NCBI GenBank assembly: GCA_046290225.1
Contig: JBKAGE010000075.1
Location: forward strand, 270,367-334,366
Source: Bradymonadia bacterium
GTDB taxonomy: Bacteria > Myxococcota_A > Bradymonadia > UBA7976 > UBA1532
DNA length: 64,000 bases
Reading direction: 5' to 3'
Below the pieces are notes generated by a model. It had not been told where the DNA came from and searched no databases. It saw only the letters and a program-made list of their open reading frames with translations. Positions 10,921-20,513 of the stretch are shown piece by piece (within the stretch, counting starts at the first letter, position 1; each line of letters begins with the position of its first letter). The translations under genes and the position numbers were made by a program.

Positions 10921-12330
10921 TCATTCACCGGCGGCGACGGTGTTGCCCGCAGGCAGCCCCTCGGGCCCGCTGAGCGGGTAGCGCAAGATCACCCCGTCGG
11001 CAGGCTCGTACCGCGCAGGGCCTTGGGCTCGGGGCAGGCCCTCGAGAGATCCGGCGGTCCATCCGATGAGCGCGACGCCTCCGAGAGAAGCTGTCACGGA
11101 GGTGGGCTCGTCGCTGCCCTTCGAGCGCACCGTGCGCCGCCACCGCATCTTGCCTTCAGTGGTGAAGCTGTAGAGCAGCCCGTCGGGCTTGTCGTGCAGG
11201 CCCGCAGCGCCGCCGACGTAGAGGTGTCCGTCAGGGCCCACGACGAGGCCGGCGCCGTACTCCCGCCGAGGTGTGCCGAAGCGCACGCTCCACTGGGGCG
11301 AGTTGGTCCGAGAGATGCGCTCGAGCACGAGATCGGCGGCGCCGAGGGGACCTTCGATGGCGCGGTGCCCCTTTTGAGCGAGGCCGAGCTGGTAGAGGTG
11401 GCCGTCGTCATCGAAGGTCAGGTGCTGGGGGGTGATGTCGTCGAGAGCGCGATAGTGGGCCTTGGCCCGCTTACCCTTGGGGTCGAGGGTGAGCAAGAAC
11501 GCTCGGTGCCCCTTGCGCTTACGTCGCTTGATGAGATCGCCGTCGGTGGTGCCGTTGACGTAGATGCGCCCCTCGGCATCTACGGCGATGCCCTTGCCAT
11601 AGTCGTTGAACTGCGTGGGCACCCGCTCTGGATCGGGATCAGGTACGCCATAAATGTTGCTGAACGCCACCTCGCCCTTGGGCGTGAGCTTCAACACGAA
11701 GACATCCCAGCCGTTGTGGGCGCCGTTGTAGTTCTTGCCGGTGTGTGAGGTGCCGGCGATGTCCCCGCCGGTGTCGCCCACGAGATGGATCGAGCCATCA
11801 GGGCCCAAGGCGATGTCGGTGACAGTGGCGCGATCGGACCGTGAGTCGGTGTGGTCGAAGTCCTTGCGCCAAATGGGCTTGCCCTCGGTGGTGTAGGCGG
11901 CAACGAAGACGTTCACCTGGAACCCGGGCCCGTTGGGCGGGCGATAGGCTCCAGCGACGATGACGCGGTCGCGGATGGCGTCGTAGACCACCTCGCTGGC
12001 GCCATTGGCTCGCCCGCTGGGGCTGATGGCCCGGCCCCACATGGGATTGCCGTGCACATCGAGCTTGAGCAGAAAGCCCCGGGAGCAGGGTTGATCTTCG
12101 GGGGCGCAGCGCGTCTGCCGGACCCACCGGCTGCCGGTGCTGCCGACGATGTAGAGGTGGCCCTGGTGGTCGAGGGCGCCGCCGAGGGTGAAGTCGAGGC
12201 CTTCGCCGCCGAGGGTGGTCACCCGGCCGCCGTCGTCCTGGGTGGTGTGATAGAGGGGTTGAGCGCTCGCGGTGAAGCCCGTGAGGCCGACCGCTGCGCT
12301 GAAGAGCGTCAGGAGGGTAGTGCGCATCAT
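10921..12330 (-). CDS. Secreted beta-propeller (SBBP-repeat-like) protein
   Basis: Signal peptide ending ASA; repeated GIAVDAEGRIYVNGTT / D-VFVLKL-x3-G-type blades. Confidence 0.8.
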   Translation of the reverse strand: MMRTTLLTLFSAAVGLTGFTASAQPLYHTTQDDGGRVTTLGGEGLDFTLGGALDHQGHLYIVGSTGSRWVRQTRCAPEDQPCSRGFLLKLDVHGNPMWGRAISPSGRANGASEVVYDAIRDRVIVAGAYRPPNGPGFQVNVFVAAYTTEGKPIWRKDFDHTDSRSDRATVTDIALGPDGSIHLVGDTGGDIAGTSHTGKNYNGAHNGWDVFVLKLTPKGEVAFSNIYGVPDPDPERVPTQFNDYGKGIAVDAEGRIYVNGTTDGDLIKRRKRKGHRAFLLTLDPKGKRAKAHYRALDDITPQHLTFDDDGHLYQLGLAQKGHRAIEGPLGAADLVLERISRTNSPQWSVRFGTPRREYGAGLVVGPDGHLYVGGAAGLHDKPDGLLYSFTTEGKMRWRRTVRSKGSDEPTSVTASLGGVALIGWTAGSLEGLPRAQGPARYEPADGVILRYPLSGPEGLPAGNTVAAGE

Positions 12331-12395
12331 CTCGCCTTGTAGCTGGGTGTCGACAAGGAGAGGACGTCAGGTACGAGAAGAGATTCCGGAGGATT

Positions 12396-12854
12396 TCAGC
12401 TGTGCACCCAGGTGAACCGGATCCCCCCGAGCGTCATCCCAACGCCGAACAACAGCGAGATCCAAATCCACGCCCCAGCTCCGCTCACCTCCAGCGCCGC
12501 CTTCGTCGGATCGATAGGGTCGAAGTGCACTTGCACAGCATCACCCACCTCGAAGCGATCCACCCCCTTGCTCGGCGAGCCACTTATGGCTGACATGTCA
12601 TAGCGTTTTGACGTGTACGCTTTACCCGCCACCTCGTACCGATACGCAAAGTTGAAGATCGTACGGGGCTTCTCCCCGGAGATGACTTTCTTGTTCGAAG
12701 TCACCACCTCACCGGGCACGGTCTGCCATGTGTCCAGCTGGCTGCTGTCGTTGATCGTCCCCACAGCTCGGATGATGAAGAACACCCCGATGGCCACGAG
12801 GAAGGCGCCGCCCCCGAGAAAGTTCTGCAGTCTGGTACTGGCCTTCGACATCAC
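12396..12854 (-). CDS. DUF3592-like membrane protein
   Basis: TM-W-x-TVPGEV...YRYEVAGKAY...GDAVQVHFDP-x-DP-TM. Confidence 0.8.
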   Translation of the reverse strand: MMSKASTRLQNFLGGGAFLVAIGVFFIIRAVGTINDSSQLDTWQTVPGEVVTSNKKVISGEKPRTIFNFAYRYEVAGKAYTSKRYDMSAISGSPSKGVDRFEVGDAVQVHFDPIDPTKAALEVSGAGAWIWISLLFGVGMTLGGIRFTWVHS

Positions 12855-13208
12855 ATGCTCCTCTCTTTCAAGAGGACGGTCTGGTGCATGCTGACCTTGA
12901 TGTCTGGACCCTCTCCGTGGGCCTCATACCCTCATCGGGCCCCCGGGCCAGAAAGCGCACGCACGATAAATCGCAGGCACCACACGTTGTGCTCTGAACA
13001 CGCAATGTCCGCAGAAAGCCCCGACATGGCACGCATGTATGTAGGATGTGTACCTACGTGGGGCAGATGTGCCCGGCTTTGGTACGTGCAGAGTCACTGT
13101 GGGTGTCGATTCGCCCTAAAGCAGGCAAGGCGCACACAGCCCTGAAGCCGAGCAAGTTCGACGCCGATAGAGTACAGTGTCGCATCCCCAAAGACGCAGG
13201 AGAGCTTC

Positions 13209-14276
13209 ATGAACCAACCTCGTCGTCAGAACATGATCCGGCTCATGAGCTCAGTGGTCCACGGCTACCTCGGCCGTCAGCGTACGCTGAACCACCCGCC
13301 TTTCCGACTCTGGGTCGAGCCCACGAGTCACTGCAACATCGCCTGTCAGATGTGCCCTACGCCGGATTTCACCCGGGACATGAAGGGCTATATGTCGATG
13401 GAGGTGTTCCGGCACATCGTCGATCAGGTCTCGCCGTTCTTGAACGAGATCTACCTGTTCCATCGCGGGGAGAGCCTGCTCAACCCGAACATCAGCGACA
13501 TGGTGGCCTACGCCAAGGCCGCGGGTATGTCGACGAAGATCAACACCAACGTCACCCTGCTCACCGAGAAGCGGGCCCAGGCGTTGCTCGACGCCGGCCT
13601 CGATCTCATCAGCTTCAGCGTCGACGGCTACAACAAAGAGGTCTACGAGAAGATCAGGCGCAAGGCGAAGTGGGACAAAGTGCTGCCCAACGCCCGGCGG
13701 TTCCTCGAGATGCGCGAAGAGGGTGGCTACAAGACCCTCGCTCAGATGGAGGTCCTCGAGTTCCGCCACCTTTTCGAGTCCGACGCCGCCTTTGAAGAGG
13801 CTCAGAAAGACTTCTGGGCCTACTTCGAGCCCTACGAGTGGGACAAGCAGATCCGCCGAGATCTGCACAACGTCGGGGGGAACGTCGATCTCGACGTGAA
13901 CGACGGCTACACCCGCGAGAAAGAGGTGTACCAGCCCTGCTCCTACCCCTGGTATGCGCTGGCGATTCTGTGGAACGGCAAGGTGCACCCGTGCCCCCGC
14001 GATTTCATGGGCAAGATGCCCATCGGCGACGTGCGCACCGAGCACATCCTCGACATCTGGAACGGCGATCGCATGCGGCAGATCCGCGACGGGGTCATCC
14101 GCAAGGACTTCGCAGATCAGGAAGTCTGCGCGAGCTGTGATCAGCCCTACAAGTACACCCAGGTCTACATGGGCGTGCCTCTGGACTACATCCCCGCTTA
14201 CTTCCGGGACAGCCCGCTGCGGTATGGCGTGAAGCGCATGCTGCAGGGCGTGCCCGGCCTGGGCGCTCGTTTGTAA
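13209..14276 (+). CDS. Radical SAM protein with SPASM/twitch domain
   Basis: CNIACQMC; C-terminal PCSYPW...GKVHPC...IGDV...IWNG...CASC. Confidence 0.92.
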   Translation: MNQPRRQNMIRLMSSVVHGYLGRQRTLNHPPFRLWVEPTSHCNIACQMCPTPDFTRDMKGYMSMEVFRHIVDQVSPFLNEIYLFHRGESLLNPNISDMVAYAKAAGMSTKINTNVTLLTEKRAQALLDAGLDLISFSVDGYNKEVYEKIRRKAKWDKVLPNARRFLEMREEGGYKTLAQMEVLEFRHLFESDAAFEEAQKDFWAYFEPYEWDKQIRRDLHNVGGNVDLDVNDGYTREKEVYQPCSYPWYALAILWNGKVHPCPRDFMGKMPIGDVRTEHILDIWNGDRMRQIRDGVIRKDFADQEVCASCDQPYKYTQVYMGVPLDYIPAYFRDSPLRYGVKRMLQGVPGLGARL

Positions 14277-14299
14277 TTTAGCCGCAGAGCTGTGGGATC

Positions 14300-15289
14300 T
14301 CAGACCCGCCCGGTCTGAATGAACCACTTCACTGTCTCGGGGATGCCCATCTCCGGGCTCACCGCCGGGCTATATCCCAAATCGCGATGGGCCCTGCTGA
14401 TGTCGAAGCGGCGATCATAGATCGTGTTTTCGATGTTGCGCCGCGTGACGATGGGGGTACCGCCCGTGCGCACCGCCCACTGCTCCACACCAGTGGCGGC
14501 CAACCGCATCGCCCAACCCGGCACATAGACGAAGGGTCGAGGGCCTACGTTGAGGGCCTTCAGGATCAATCGCCGCATGTGGGCCAGGTCCAGGCTGTCT
14601 TCACCACAGATGAGGTAGGTCGACCCTGGCACGCCCTTGGTGAGGGCTTTCTCGATGCCTTGCACCACATCAGCCACGTGGACCAGAGGCGTCAGGTTCT
14701 TGCCGAGGCCCACTCGGGGAAACACACCCTTCTTGATGAGGCGTGTCTGCTTGAGGAACTCACCCTCACCCCCGATCCCGTAAACCATGCAGGGCCGGAT
14801 CACGCACACCGGCACCTCGGCATCGGACCAGTGCGACAGCGCCTCGATCTCGCTCTGGTGCTTGCTCTTTTGATAGGGCGTCGCCGGTTGGGGTGGGTGA
14901 TCTTCCGAGACGAGGGGGGCCTTGATGAGACCCATGGCCGCCGTGCTCGACACGTGGATGAACTTCGAGATCTGTGTGCCGTGAAAACGGCGGAGCAGGT
15001 TCGCCGTGCCCTCGACGTTCACCCGCCTGAAGTTCTCAAAGGCCTCTTCGCTGATGGCGGAGACGTGGCCCAGGGCGGCGAGGTGCACCACTACGTCGAC
15101 GTTCTCCTCCACGCCCTCCAGGGTCTCGGGCTGCGTCACGTCGCCCACGAAGGGCGCCACGCGATGCTCCAGCAAGCCCAGGCGGCTCGGATCTCGAACC
15201 AGCGCTCTGATGAAGTGTCCGGCGTCGAGGAGACGCCGACAGAGAGTTTGACCGATGAACCCTGTGGCTCCGGTGACCAGAATCTGCAT
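14300..15289 (-). CDS. NAD-dependent epimerase/dehydratase (extended SDR)
   Basis: ILVTGATGFIG, HLAA, HVSS, YQKSK. Confidence 0.93.
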   Translation of the reverse strand: MQILVTGATGFIGQTLCRRLLDAGHFIRALVRDPSRLGLLEHRVAPFVGDVTQPETLEGVEENVDVVVHLAALGHVSAISEEAFENFRRVNVEGTANLLRRFHGTQISKFIHVSSTAAMGLIKAPLVSEDHPPQPATPYQKSKHQSEIEALSHWSDAEVPVCVIRPCMVYGIGGEGEFLKQTRLIKKGVFPRVGLGKNLTPLVHVADVVQGIEKALTKGVPGSTYLICGEDSLDLAHMRRLILKALNVGPRPFVYVPGWAMRLAATGVEQWAVRTGGTPIVTRRNIENTIYDRRFDISRAHRDLGYSPAVSPEMGIPETVKWFIQTGRV

Positions 15290-15375
15290 GGTGGTGCCCT
15301 GAGAAGTGCGTTGCGTCACTCTCTCCTTAGGCGGCAGAGCGGTCAAATCACGTGAGGCGGTTTCGAGGGCGGGCT

Positions 15376-15690
15376 TCAGGCAGCGACGTCGAGTCGGCCC
15401 CCGACGGTCTGGCCTTCCTGAAAGACGATTTGCCCGCGGGCGGAGTACATCGGGGCAGGGGTGCCGGCCCTCACCCGAGGACGGCGGGGCAGTCGAGGGG
15501 CTTCCCGCCTGCTCTGAGTGCTGGCCCCCTGGGCGTCGGCCTCGGCGTGCGTGCTCTCCTCTGCGGTGGAGCCCGTTGCGTCGAAGATGCCGTCAGTGGC
15601 CTCTACGGGCACCGTGCCCTGGCGGCCCAGCCACGCGCCGAGACGCTCCGTCACTCCCCAGATGCCACTGCCGTGAATCGCCACAGACAT
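15376..15690 (-). CDS. Small hypothetical protein
   Basis: GGAG RBS, starts 3 bp after the J-domain gene stop; C-terminal G-x2-LDVAA. Confidence 0.5.
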   Translation of the reverse strand: MSVAIHGSGIWGVTERLGAWLGRQGTVPVEATDGIFDATGSTAEESTHAEADAQGASTQSRREAPRLPRRPRVRAGTPAPMYSARGQIVFQEGQTVGGRLDVAA

Positions 15691-15693
15691 CGA

Positions 15694-16719
15694 TTACGCT
15701 CCCATGGCTTGAAGGGTGAGGATCAAGTCGCCGCGATCGTCGCCGCCCCAGGTGGGCAGACCTTGACCGCGCAGGCGCAGTCGAGTGCCCGGGCGGCTTC
15801 CGGCGGGCAGGCGCACCTTGATCTGGCCGTCCACGCCCTGGGCCTCGACGATGCCGCCTTCACTCAGGGTGGCCTGAGGCACCCGGGCCCTGCTGTGCAG
15901 ATCGGCGTCCATGCGCTCGAAGCCCGTGAGCGGCGCAGGATCCAGTACCAGGAAGAGATCGCCGGCGCCGTGGGGCCCTTCGTGGCCTTTGCCCTCGAGC
16001 CTGATCTTGTCACCGCGGCGAGCGCCTGGGGGCACCTGAACCCGCAGCGTCTCGCGGACCTCTCGCTGACCGTCAGCGGTCATGACGCGACGACGCATGG
16101 CGAAGTGGATCGAGCCGCCATGGCGCACGTGCTCCGCCCGGACAGGGAGTCGGCGGGAGATGTCCAGGGTCCGGCCCCGGCGGCCGCTGGCGAGTCGGCT
16201 CCACCAGCTCTGGGTGTCAGCGCCCACCTCTGGCGGGGGCACCGGCGCTGCAGGGATGGGCTCGTGCGAGCGCTGAGCGGCTGCCTCTGCGGCACGGGCG
16301 GCGCGGGCGGCCTTCTCGGCGGCTTCGGCGGCGACGCGGGCTGCCCGGGCGGCCTTCCACGAGGCGGCCTGCTGACGCCAGCGGGCTCGGGCGGCCTCTC
16401 GATCCTTGGTGCTGCGAGTGCGCTGGGCCCTCGGCGCCTCGGTCTTGGAGGGCTCGGGGGCGGGCTGTGGCGCAGGGCGTGACGCTGGACGGGGCGAGGC
16501 CTTTGGCGAGGCTTTGGCCTGGGCTTTGTTGCTCAGATGGGCCACGAGGTGGTTGTAGGCCGCCGTGATCGACTTGAACTTCTCCACACTCTCGGGCCGG
16601 GGATCCACATCAGGATGCATCTTGAGGGCGAGGCTCCGATACGCCTTGCGGACCTCAACGAGGCTGGCCCCCGGCATCAACCCCAGGGCGCGGTGGCTTT
16701 GGCGAAGACTGAGGGTCAT
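15694..16719 (-). CDS. DnaJ/CbpA-class J-domain protein without zinc finger
   Basis: J domain with HPD; Ala/Pro/Arg linker; DnaJ C-terminal LRLRGQG...GDL; GGGAG RBS. Confidence 0.88.
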   Translation of the reverse strand: MTLSLRQSHRALGLMPGASLVEVRKAYRSLALKMHPDVDPRPESVEKFKSITAAYNHLVAHLSNKAQAKASPKASPRPASRPAPQPAPEPSKTEAPRAQRTRSTKDREAARARWRQQAASWKAARAARVAAEAAEKAARAARAAEAAAQRSHEPIPAAPVPPPEVGADTQSWWSRLASGRRGRTLDISRRLPVRAEHVRHGGSIHFAMRRRVMTADGQREVRETLRVQVPPGARRGDKIRLEGKGHEGPHGAGDLFLVLDPAPLTGFERMDADLHSRARVPQATLSEGGIVEAQGVDGQIKVRLPAGSRPGTRLRLRGQGLPTWGGDDRGDLILTLQAMGA

Positions 16720-16758
16720 GTGGTTTCTCCCTACGGGCCGGTGGACGCACGGAGACAT

Positions 16759-16774
16759 TGCCAGCGCCGTGCCA
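16759..16774 (-). promoter_or_regulatory. sigma54 (-24/-12) promoter of the J-domain gene
   Basis: TGGCACGGCGCTGGCA, GG-N10-GC spacing, 40 bp upstream of the ATG. Confidence 0.65.
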
Positions 16775-16887
16775 GACCCAATGTAGGCGTTTTCGGGCGT
16801 TCGGTGCGCACAGGCTTGCAGCCTCTAGAGCGGGGCGGTGAGTCAGGTTGAGAGGCTTTACTTGTGTTTTCTGATGTTTGGCCAGTG

Positions 16888-16940
16888 TGCACGGTGGTGC
16901 ATGGGCCAAACCAGTCACTGTGCATCACTGTGCACAGTGA
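16888..16940. promoter_or_regulatory. Candidate enhancer (bEBP upstream activator) sites
   Basis: Two TGCA(C/T)-N4-GTGCA dyads and a perfect 16-bp palindrome TCACTGTGCACAGTGA (16925-16940). Confidence 0.5.
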
Positions 16941-17023
16941 AGGGGAAGGACGCCCTCCTGTATCCGGGCCTGCTTCACCCCAAAATGCGTCATCGAAGAA
17001 AAAGTGCGCTTTTGTCCGATCCG

Positions 17024-17056
17024 GTGACCAGAGGTGTCACGGGGGGTGGATAGATT
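17024..17056 (+). promoter_or_regulatory. WYL-activator-type promoter (dyad next to -10, no -35)
   Basis: GTGAC-N7-GTCAC dyad; TGTCAC-N10-TAGATT. Confidence 0.55.
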
Positions 17057-17085
17057 GCCTGTGTTCACTCCACAGGAGGTCTCTC

Positions 17086-17715
17086 ATGAACCACACGCCA
17101 CTCTTCCAGGTGATCGACGATTTGCGACACTTCATCGAGTACACCCTGCTCACGGGGTTCACGCCGGAAGACGAGCTCGTGGACGCTGCTGTTGGTGCTT
17201 TCACCGGCGCGGCGCCCGAGGCCACCTTGAGGCCCTATGCCCTCAAGCTCGCCGGTGAGATCGCCCAGGCACAGAAGGTCATGCGTCGCGGCTGGCCGGA
17301 GCACACCGATTGTGATCGCCTCGACGCGGCCTTCGAACAGCTCAAGCAAAGCGGGATCCTCAGCCGCCAACACTTCACGTGTTGTGGCACCTGCGGGGCC
17401 TTCGAGATGCAAGACGAGATCGCCCGCTCGCTGAGCCTCGGCGAGCGCACTCGAGGTTATGTTTTTTATCACGAGCAGGATACTGAATCGGCGGTGGACG
17501 GCTATGGGCTCTATTTGAGCTATGGGGCCACCGAAGCGGGGGAGGCGGCGGCCCTCGGTGTCGCCGAAGAGATCGTCGACGCCTTGCATCGAGCGGGCCT
17601 GAAGACGCGCTGGAACGGCAAATGGTCTGCCCGCATCTGGGTGGATCTCGAGTGGCGCCGGCGGCCCCCAGTGGCGGAAGCGGAGGCGCCAATGCAGCTT
17701 GTGTTGTTGCACTGA
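17086..17715 (+). CDS. DUF6891-like conserved protein
   Basis: AGGAGG RBS; WPEHTDCDRLDAAF, FTCCGTCG, GYVFYHEQD. Confidence 0.75.
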   Translation: MNHTPLFQVIDDLRHFIEYTLLTGFTPEDELVDAAVGAFTGAAPEATLRPYALKLAGEIAQAQKVMRRGWPEHTDCDRLDAAFEQLKQSGILSRQHFTCCGTCGAFEMQDEIARSLSLGERTRGYVFYHEQDTESAVDGYGLYLSYGATEAGEAAALGVAEEIVDALHRAGLKTRWNGKWSARIWVDLEWRRRPPVAEAEAPMQLVLLH

Positions 17716-17809
17716 GCTGCATCACGGACGCTCCCCCCTTGCCACCTCGGCCAGCGCCGGATAGATCAAGGCCCCTTCGCGCACCCTGAGCACCGAGAGA
17801 GCCTGCCCC

Positions 17810-20503
17810 ATGCCCAAAGTAGAGGTCACCCTCGAGGAGAAGCACGGCATCCCTGCCGGCATCAAACTCACCCCCATGATGAAGCAGTACGTCGCCGCCA
17901 AGGGGCGGTATCCCGACGCGCTGCTCTTCTTTCGCATGGGCGACTTCTACGAGATGTTCTTCGAGGACGCCGAGATGGGCGGCCGCTACCTCGATCTCAC
18001 GGTCACCAGCAGGGACAAGAAGTCCAGCGTACCCGCCCCCATGTCGGGCTTCCCTCATCACCAGCTGCCCCAATACCTGCAGAGGGCCCTCGACGCGGGC
18101 TTGAAGGTGGCAGTGTGCGACCAGATGGAAGATCCCACCATGGCCAAGGGCCTGGTGCGCCGCGACATCACCCGGGTGGTGACCCCCGGCGTGGTCCTCG
18201 ACGGTGAGGGGCTCGAGGCCCGGACCAACAACTTCCTCGTGGCCATCACGCCTTCGAATGACGGTCGGTTCGGCATCGCCTCCATGGATGTCTCCACCGG
18301 CGAGTTCAAGGTCACCGAGGTGGTGGGCACTGGGGCTTTGCGGTGCGAAATCAGCCGCTTGGAGCCCCGTGAGGTGCTCGTGCCCGAGGCGAGGCGGGCC
18401 CACCTTGAGCAGGCCCTGGAAGATCGACTGCAGCACGTCGCCGTGAGCACGCCCGACGTGGAGATGTTCTCCGTGTCCACGGCGAGAGCAGGCCTTGAAG
18501 GCCTGATGGGCCCCGAAGCCGAGCCCGCTGTGCAGGCGATCCTGGAGTTTGGTTTTGGCCACCCGAACCTCGCCCTGTGTGCCGCCGGCGCTGCCATGGC
18601 GTATGTCACCGACACTCAGCAGAAGGCGCCCCATCACACCCGGATCCTCACCCCCTACAAGGTGAACGACACCCTGGTGCTCGACGAGACCGCCAAGGTG
18701 AACCTTGAGCTCTTCAAGACCCTGATGGGTGGCCGCAAGGCGGGCTCGCTGTTGGGGGTGATCGACTCCGCCCGCACCGCGATGGGCGGCCGTCGCCTGC
18801 GGCAGTGGCTGGCCTACCCGCTCGTCGACCCGGTGGCCATCAACCGGCGCCTCGACGCCGTGCAGTCCATGCGGGAAGACGCCGGCCGCCGAGAGCGGGT
18901 GCGCTCGCTGCTGGAAGACATCTACGATCTCGAGCGGCTCAACAGCCGCATCACCGCCGGCGCCGCGGGCCCCCGCGATTTGTGGTTCCTGCGGGTGAGC
19001 CTCGAGCGCCTGCCGGGGCTGATTCAAGAGATCAGTCAGGTGCCGTCGCTCGCTGAGGTGGGCAGCCGCATCGATCCGCTCGAAGAGGTGCTCGATCCCG
19101 TGGCGGCCATCCTCAACGACGACCCACCGAGCCAGGTGAAGGACGGTGGGGTGGTGCGCCCGGGGGTGGATCCACAGCTCGACGAGTACGTGAAGCTCGC
19201 CACCCACGGAAAAGACTACATCCTGCAGCTCGAGCAGCGGGAGCGGGAGCGCACGGGCATCGGCAACCTGAAGGTGCGCTACAACCGGGTCTTCGGCTAC
19301 TACATCGAGGTCTCGAAGGTGCACCTCGCCTCGGTGCCTCCGGAGTACATCCGCAAACAGACCCTCACCAACGCCGAGCGCTACTTCACCAGCGAGCTCA
19401 AAGAGTTCGAAGAGAAGGTGCTCAACGCCGAGACCCGCCGCCTGGCCCTCGAGAACGAGATCTTCGACGCGCTGCGGGCCGAGGTGGCCAGCCACGCCGG
19501 GGCCATCGGCGCCGTAGCCCAGGCTCTGAGCGAGCTCGACGCCCTCGGGGCCCTCGCCGAGGTGGCCCACGTGAACGACTACTGCCGTCCGGTGGTGGAC
19601 GACAGCGACGTCATTCACATCGTCGAGGGGCGTCACCCGGTGGTGGAGCGGTCGGTGGGTCGCGAGCAGTTCGTGCCCAACAGCGTGCGCCTCGACCGTG
19701 AGCAACAGCAGGTGATCATCCTCACCGGGCCGAACATGGCGGGGAAGAGCACCATCATGCGGCAGGTGGCCTTGATCACCCTCATGGCCCAGATGGGCGG
19801 CTTCGTGCCGGCGCAGTCGGCCCACATCGGGGTCACCGATCGCATCTTCACCCGGGTGGGGGCCTCTGATGATCTCGCCGCGGGTCGAAGCACCTTCATG
19901 GTGGAGATGCACGAGACCGCCACCATCCTCAACGAAGCCAGCCCCCGCAGCCTGCTCATCCTCGACGAGATCGGCCGTGGCACCAGCACCTTCGATGGGG
20001 TGAGCATCGCCTGGGCCGTGGCGGAGTACATCCATGACGTGGTGGGGGCCAAGACCCTCTTCGCCACCCACTATCACGAGCTCACTGACATGGCCGAGGT
20101 GAAGCCTCGGGTGCGCAACTACACGATCGCCGTCAAAGAGGACAAAGAAGAGGTCATCTTCCTGCGGCAACTCGTGGAGGGTGGGGCCAACCGATCCTAC
20201 GGCATTCAGGTGGGGCGCCTCGCGGGCCTGCCCACATCTGTGGTGCAGCGGGCGCGACAGGTCTTGCAGAATCTCGAGGGAGCGGAGCACGATGAAGCAG
20301 GCCGCCTGCGCATCGCTGGGGGCCAGGAGGGTCCTCAGATCACGCTCAAGGATCACAAGCTGCAGATGAGCCTCTTCGCGCCACCGCCCATCCCCGCGGC
20401 GCCCAGTCAGGTGGAGCAGGAGCTGCGCTCTGCCGATTTGGAGAACATGACGCCGATCCAGGCCCTCAACTTCGTCCACGGACTCAGGGCACGCCTCTCG
20501 TGA
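17810..20503 (+). CDS. mutS: DNA mismatch repair protein MutS
   Basis: TPMMKQY, FFRMGDFYEMF, TGPNMAGKST, STFMVEM, DEIGRGTST, FATHYHEL. Confidence 0.98.
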   Translation: MPKVEVTLEEKHGIPAGIKLTPMMKQYVAAKGRYPDALLFFRMGDFYEMFFEDAEMGGRYLDLTVTSRDKKSSVPAPMSGFPHHQLPQYLQRALDAGLKVAVCDQMEDPTMAKGLVRRDITRVVTPGVVLDGEGLEARTNNFLVAITPSNDGRFGIASMDVSTGEFKVTEVVGTGALRCEISRLEPREVLVPEARRAHLEQALEDRLQHVAVSTPDVEMFSVSTARAGLEGLMGPEAEPAVQAILEFGFGHPNLALCAAGAAMAYVTDTQQKAPHHTRILTPYKVNDTLVLDETAKVNLELFKTLMGGRKAGSLLGVIDSARTAMGGRRLRQWLAYPLVDPVAINRRLDAVQSMREDAGRRERVRSLLEDIYDLERLNSRITAGAAGPRDLWFLRVSLERLPGLIQEISQVPSLAEVGSRIDPLEEVLDPVAAILNDDPPSQVKDGGVVRPGVDPQLDEYVKLATHGKDYILQLEQRERERTGIGNLKVRYNRVFGYYIEVSKVHLASVPPEYIRKQTLTNAERYFTSELKEFEEKVLNAETRRLALENEIFDALRAEVASHAGAIGAVAQALSELDALGALAEVAHVNDYCRPVVDDSDVIHIVEGRHPVVERSVGREQFVPNSVRLDREQQQVIILTGPNMAGKSTIMRQVALITLMAQMGGFVPAQSAHIGVTDRIFTRVGASDDLAAGRSTFMVEMHETATILNEASPRSLLILDEIGRGTSTFDGVSIAWAVAEYIHDVVGAKTLFATHYHELTDMAEVKPRVRNYTIAVKEDKEEVIFLRQLVEGGANRSYGIQVGRLAGLPTSVVQRARQVLQNLEGAEHDEAGRLRIAGGQEGPQITLKDHKLQMSLFAPPPIPAAPSQVEQELRSADLENMTPIQALNFVHGLRARLS

Positions 20504-20513
20504 GCAACCCGTC

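Noticed and set aside
13027..13042. sigma54 promoter starting TGGCAC upstream of the radical SAM gene
   Set aside because: No GC at the -12 position
12855..13208. RiPP precursor peptide for the radical SAM enzyme
   Set aside because: No short ORF with a convincing RBS or leader/core pattern, and no peptidase or transporter nearby
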